From NCBI RefSeq assembly GCF_001457595.1, contig NZ_LN831039.1:4380001-4412000 (forward strand): a DNA stretch of 32,000 nucleotides, read 5' to 3'. The stretch comes from Mycolicibacterium smegmatis. Lineage in GTDB: Bacteria > Actinomycetota > Actinomycetes > Mycobacteriales > Mycobacteriaceae. Each line of letters begins with the position of its first letter. Positions within the stretch are counted from its first letter, which is position 1. The notes under the pieces are model-generated. The model ran no database searches. It was not told where the DNA came from and saw nothing but the letters and a program-made list of their open reading frames with translations. Below, piece after piece: positions 25,595 through 32,000 of this stretch. Made by a program: the position numbers and the translations under genes.

Positions 25595-26413
25595 ATGAGC
25601 AACACCAGCCAGCGCGAACTGGGAAAGACGAACCGTCCGATCGAAGACGCGCTGGAGGACACCTTCGAAAGAACCATCGACGAGGGCAGCCAGCGCCTGC
25701 ACCGCCGCTGGCGGGAAATCCTCGTCACCGGGTTCTTCGGCGGCACCGAGGTCGCGATGGGCGTCCTGGCCTACCTGGCCGTCCTGAACGCCACGGGCAA
25801 CCAACTCCTGGCGGGTCTGGCGTTCTCGATCGGTTTTCTCGCTCTCCTGTTGGGCCACAGCGAGTTGTTCACCGAGGGCTTCCTGGTGCCGGTGACCACC
25901 GTGGCCGCCAAGCGCGCCAGCGTCGCGCAACTCTTCAAGTTGTGGGGTGGCACGCTCGCGGCGAACCTGGTGGGCGGCTGGGTCATCATGTGGCTGATCA
26001 TGTTGGGCTTTCCGAAGCTGCACGCCCAGACCGTGGAATCGGCCTCGCACTTCGCCACCGCCCCGCTGTCGGCGGAGACCGTCGCGCTGGGCCTGCTCGG
26101 CGGCATGGCCATCACCCTCATGACGCGCATGCAGCACGGCACCGACTCGGTTCCCGGAAAGATCGCGGCGGCCGTGGCAGGTGCTTTCCTGCTCGCCGGC
26201 CTGCAGATGTTCCACTCGATCCTCGACTCGCTGCTCATCTTCGGTGCGATCTTCACCGGCGAGGCCTCGTTCGGATACCTTGACTGGCTCAAATGGTTCG
26301 GCTACACCGTCGTCGCCAACGTGGCCGGCGGACTGATCCTGGTGACACTGTTACGCCTGCTGCGCAGCAAGGAGCGGATCGAAGAGGAGCGCGAAGAAGC
26401 GGACGCCGAGTGA
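25595..26413 (+). CDS. Formate/nitrite transporter (FNT) family membrane channel (272 aa)
   Basis: The ATG at 25595 gives MSNTSQREL. There are six hydrophobic segments. GHSELFTEGFLVP is an FNT-like loop motif. The C-terminal tail is acidic. Confidence 0.8.
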   Translation: MSNTSQRELGKTNRPIEDALEDTFERTIDEGSQRLHRRWREILVTGFFGGTEVAMGVLAYLAVLNATGNQLLAGLAFSIGFLALLLGHSELFTEGFLVPVTTVAAKRASVAQLFKLWGGTLAANLVGGWVIMWLIMLGFPKLHAQTVESASHFATAPLSAETVALGLLGGMAITLMTRMQHGTDSVPGKIAAAVAGAFLLAGLQMFHSILDSLLIFGAIFTGEASFGYLDWLKWFGYTVVANVAGGLILVTLLRLLRSKERIEEEREEADAE

Positions 26414-26452
26414 ACCAGCGTGAAACCTGTTCGACGGCAACGCTTCCAGATC

Positions 26453-26513
26453 GCCGACCGTGCGGTTTCATACGCGACACGCCGCGTCAGGCGGATGAGA
26501 CCGCACGCTCGGC
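26453..26513 (+). repeat. 61-bp hairpin-forming repeat, copy 2
   Basis: The sequence is GCCGACCGTGCGGTttcatacgcgacacgccgcgtcaggcggatgagACCGCACGCTCGGC, in the same orientation as copy 1 and 1002 bp downstream of it. It lies 39 nt after the FNT stop and 19 nt from the 3' end of tRNA-Val. Confidence 0.85.
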
Positions 26514-26532
26514 GCGAGGAGAGGAAAAAGAG

Positions 26533-26604
26533 TGGGCGCGGACGGTATCGAACCGCCGACCGCTGGTGTGTAAAACCAGAGCTCTACCACTGAGCTACGC
26601 GCCC
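26533..26604 (-). tRNA. tRNA-Val (anticodon TAC), CCA not encoded
   Basis: The minus strand reads GGGCGCG TA GCTC AGTGGTA GAGC T CTGGT TTTACAC ACCAG CGGTC GGCGG TTCGATA CCGTC CGCGCCC A. This folds into a full cloverleaf with a 7-bp acceptor stem, a TTCGA T-loop and the anticodon TAC in a 7-nt loop. Confidence 0.9.
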
Positions 26605-26664
26605 CGCCGCAGGCACGGTACACGGCCAAGCGCCGTGACCGGAAATCCCACACCGGGATCTTAG

Positions 26665-27135
26665 TCAGGCGCGCAGCGCCTGCAGTGCCGCAGTCCAGAC
26701 TTTCTGGTCGCGCACCTGACCGGGCTCCATCATCTCGGCGAACCGGATGATGCCGGAGCGGTCGACGACGAAGGTGCCGCGGTTGGGATAGCCCGCGTCC
26801 TCGTTGAACACGCCGTAGTCCCGGGCCACCTTGCCGTGCGGCCAGAAATCCGACAGCACCGGGAAGGTGAATCCGCTTTCGATGGACCAGATCTTGTGCG
26901 TGGGAGGCGGACCGACCGAGACGGCGATGACGGCCGAGTGGTCGTTCTCGTAGAGCGGGAGCTGATCACGGATCGCGCCGAGTTCGCCCTCGCACACACC
27001 GGTGAACGCCAGCGGGAAGAACACCACCAGCACGTCCCTGGGGTTCTCGCCCGTGCGGTAGTCGCTGAGCGTGACCGGCCGGTTGTTCTGGTCTCGCAGG
27101 GTGAAATCGGGCGCGGGTGTGCCGACGTCGAGCAC
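26665..27135 (-). CDS. ahpE: Peroxiredoxin AhpE (1-Cys Prx)
   Basis: (M)LDVGTPAPDFTLRDQNNRPVTL...VVFFPLAFTGVCEGEL...GPPPTHKIWSIESGFTFPVLSDFWPHG...NRGTFVVDRSGIIRFAE is near-identical to remembered Rv2238c. The GTG at 27135 directly abuts the upstream stop. Confidence 0.95.
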   Translation of the reverse strand: MLDVGTPAPDFTLRDQNNRPVTLSDYRTGENPRDVLVVFFPLAFTGVCEGELGAIRDQLPLYENDHSAVIAVSVGPPPTHKIWSIESGFTFPVLSDFWPHGKVARDYGVFNEDAGYPNRGTFVVDRSGIIRFAEMMEPGQVRDQKVWTAALQALRA

Positions 27136-27573
27136 TCAGCCGCGCTTCCCGGCGGCCTTCGACTTCGGCTGCACCAGCCGGCTGGCCGTCCAGTCCCCCA
27201 GTTTCGCCGACGAGGTCTGCATCAGACCGGCCGTGGGCGCCGATTCGGCGATCTCGGCCGGCAGCACGTGCCCTGGCTTGCCGGTCTTGGGCGTCAGCAC
27301 CCAGATCACGCCGTCCTCGGCGAGTGGGGTGATGGCGTCCATCAGCCGGTCGACCAGGTCCCCGTCGTTGTCGCGCCACCACAACAGCACGACGTCGACC
27401 ACCTCGTCGGAGTCCTCGTCGAGCAGCTCCGAACCGCACGCCTCTTCGACGTCGGCCCGGATGTCGTCGTCGGTATCCTCGTCCCAACCCAACTCCTGGA
27501 CAACCTGATCCTTTTGGATGCCCAGAATTCGAGCGTAGTTCGGGTCAGAATCCTTCCCCGCCGCCGCGACCAC
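27136..27573 (-). CDS. DUF3052-family acidic protein, Rv2239c-like (145 aa)
   Basis: The GTG at 27573 is preceded by AAGGAGG with a 6-nt spacer. The sequence ILGIQKDQVVQELGWDEDTDDD...VLLWWRDNDGDLVD is conserved upstream of ahpE in mycobacteria, as I remember it. Confidence 0.8.
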   Translation of the reverse strand: MVAAAGKDSDPNYARILGIQKDQVVQELGWDEDTDDDIRADVEEACGSELLDEDSDEVVDVVLLWWRDNDGDLVDRLMDAITPLAEDGVIWVLTPKTGKPGHVLPAEIAESAPTAGLMQTSSAKLGDWTASRLVQPKSKAAGKRG

Positions 27574-27714
27574 CTCGGTCCTCCTTAGCCTTCTCCGGCC
27601 CGTACGGGCCTGTCAGTGTGGTGTTGTTGTGCTGCTCATTGCGTGTTGCGCCCTATCGTCGCACGCCGGTCCCGATGAGGGGGTGTCCGGCGGGCAGTTC
27701 GCAGATCAAATCCG

Positions 27715-28284
27715 TCAATAGGCGGCGTCACAGCGGTCGAGGGCGGCGGTCCTCGCGGAGTTGGACCGGTCGGAGGCCGCGTTGAACACGTCCGGTGAGG
27801 CGTCGCCGGAAATGGCCGACGCCACCGCGCGCACCGCGTCGACCCATTCGGTCAGTGCGTCGCGCAGGTCGGCGGGCAACGTGTCGGAGATGCCCGAGGT
27901 GACCAGGTCGGCGCTGCGGTTGAGCGCGTCGACCGCGGGACCGGCCTTGGCCCTGACGTCGGGCGAATTGTTGTTGGCCGCCTCGATGTAGGTGTTGACG
28001 GCGTCGATGGCGTCCACCGATGACGTGCTCAGATCCTCACAGACGGTGTGGATGGCGCGTTTGGTCAGCGTGGCCTGGCGTTCGGACTCCCTCGCGGCCG
28101 AGGTCAGCGACGACGCCTCGATCGAGGCCGACACCGACGCGCGGTAGACGGGAGCCTCGGCGGGATCCACTTGTGCGGTACCGCCAGTCACGGTCGAACA
28201 TCCGACAACCACCATCGCGATGACGGCCGAACCGCCCAGCGCCACCCCCGCGACCCTGTGTGTCGCCCCAAACTGCCAACTCAT
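27715..28284 (-). CDS. Putative lipoprotein, Rv2240c-like
   Basis: MSWQFGATHRVAGVALGGSAVIAMVVVGCSTV is a signal peptide with a VVGC lipobox. The remainder is helical and Ala/Asp-rich. The GTG at 28290 is an alternative start. Confidence 0.7.
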   Translation of the reverse strand: MSWQFGATHRVAGVALGGSAVIAMVVVGCSTVTGGTAQVDPAEAPVYRASVSASIEASSLTSAARESERQATLTKRAIHTVCEDLSTSSVDAIDAVNTYIEAANNNSPDVRAKAGPAVDALNRSADLVTSGISDTLPADLRDALTEWVDAVRAVASAISGDASPDVFNAASDRSNSARTAALDRCDAAY

Positions 28285-28436
28285 CGGCACGGTCTGCAGA
28301 CGTTACCGGTTCTTAGCCATCAGGACCGGTTCATTGCACCTTCCACCCCTGCAGAGCACATGCGGCACGATAGGGAGACGATATAGGTGCCACAAGCACC
28401 TGATCGATTAAGTGACCGCCTAACAAGGAGCGGAAG

Positions 28437-31226
<2,790 letters not shown>

Positions 31227-31241
31227 TCCGGCCACAGTGAG

Positions 31242-31275
31242 CAGCCACCGGCACACGCCGGTGGCTGTTTGCTTG
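31242..31275 (+). terminator. Intrinsic terminator after aceE
   Basis: A perfect 11-bp stem pairs CAGCCACCGGC (31242-31252) with GCCGGTGGCTG (31257-31267) around the loop ACAC. It is followed by TTTGCTTG and lies 16 nt after the aceE stop. Confidence 0.7.
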
Positions 31276-31321
31276 CGGGCACTTGGAGGAATCCGCCAGA
31301 AAACAGGCGTAGGTTTTAGGA

Positions 31322-32000
31322 ATGCCCGACAATCGGTTCGTTCCGCCGAAGTCCACGGTCGAGGTGCTTGAGGCCGTGCCCGACTCGCTGCTGCGCCGGT
31401 TGAAGCAGTACTCGGGCCGGCTGGCCACCGAGGCCGTGCACGCCATGGAGCAGCGGTTGCCGTTCTTCGCCGAGCTCGACGCGTCGCAGCGCGCCAGCGT
31501 GCAGCTCGTGGTGCAGACCGCCGTCGTCAACTTCGTCGAGTGGATGCGCAACCCCGAGAGCAACGTGGGCTACACCGCGCAGGCGTTCGAGGTGGTGCCG
31601 CAGGATCTGCGGCGGCGTGTCGCACTGCGGCAGTCGGTGGAGATGGTGCGCACGTCCATGGAGTTCTTCGAGGAGGCCGTGCCGCTGCTGGCACGGTCCG
31701 AGGAACAGCTCACCGCCCTGACCGCGGGCATCCTGCGCTACAGCCGCGATCTGGCGTTCGCCGCGGCCAGCGCGTACGCCGATCAGGCCGAGGCCCGCGG
31801 CGCCTGGGACATCCGCATGGAGGCCAACATCGTCGACGCCGTGGTCCGCGGCGACACCGGCCCCGAACTGCAGTCACAGGCCGCCGCGCTCAACTGGGAC
31901 GCGACCGCGCCCGCGACGGTGATCGTGGGCCTGCCGCGCGCCGACCGGATCGAGATGGCGCGCGACGACGTGCACGCCGTCGTGCGCCGCAACGATCGCG
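31322..32000 (+). CDS. mabR: PucR-family transcriptional regulator, MabR (Rv2242)-like, N-terminal ~226 codons; runs off the window end
   Basis: The ORF is absent from the track because it has no stop in the window. My translation from the ATG at 31322 reads MPDNRFVPPKSTVEVLEAVPDSLLRRLKQYSGRLATEAVHAMEQRLPFFAELDASQRASVQLVVQTAVVNFVEWM..., open to position 32000. The position after aceE matches Rv2242. Confidence 0.75.
   Translation, partial: MPDNRFVPPKSTVEVLEAVPDSLLRRLKQYSGRLATEAVHAMEQRLPFFAELDASQRASVQLVVQTAVVNFVEWMRNPESNVGYTAQAFEVVPQDLRRRVALRQSVEMVRTSMEFFEEAVPLLARSEEQLTALTAGILRYSRDLAFAAASAYADQAEARGAWDIRMEANIVDAVVRGDTGPELQSQAAALNWDATAPATVIVGLPRADRIEMARDDVHAVVRRNDR

Noticed and set aside
22592-26604. 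tRNA-Val-linked genomic island
   Set aside because: There is no integrase or recombinase and I could find no direct repeat of the tRNA 3' end at a distal boundary. Composition is similar to the flanks. The block may still be accessory, but it is not a recognisable integrative element.
27597-27610. Perfect 14-bp palindrome GGCCCGTACGGGCC between the lipoprotein gene and the DUF3052-ahpE operon
   Set aside because: The stem is short and GC-only, with no U-tract on the transcribed (minus) strand. It lies just upstream of the DUF3052 RBS. The evidence is insufficient to call it a terminator or operator.

Overview
This is a high-GC actinobacterial chromosome segment, almost certainly Mycobacterium (fast-grower, M. 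smegmatis-like). From memory, not from a database search, the gene order follows the conserved mycobacterial block known in M. tuberculosis as Rv2221c-Rv2242. That core runs: glnE (partial), glnA2, two tandem Hip1-type secreted serine hydrolases, panB, a CYTH/CHAD protein, rnpB (RNase P RNA), an RNase HI/CobC fusion, a zinc-ribbon coiled-coil protein, Nif3, a HAD protein (PtkA-like), ptpA, SURF1, cobD, tRNA-Val, ahpE, DUF3052, a lipoprotein, aceE and mabR (partial). Five accessory blocks are interleaved in this core. (i) A WS/DGAT acyltransferase. (ii) A FAAL-TetR-crotonase operon. (iii) A thioredoxin-reductase-like::SAM-methyltransferase fusion with a divergent XRE-cupin regulator. (iv) A VOC protein, an unknown secreted protein, and a translationally coupled ECF-sigma/Ogt/2OG-oxygenase operon. 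(v) A formate/nitrite-family transporter bracketed by two copies of a 61-bp hairpin repeat next to tRNA-Val. I saw no CRISPR array, transposase, integrase, phage gene or recognisable defence gene. The most unusual candidates are the ECF sigma-Ogt-oxygenase unit, which lacks an anti-sigma factor, and the reductase::methyltransferase fusion. Most other long ORFs in the six-frame track are antisense shadow ORFs typical of high-GC DNA and were not called.
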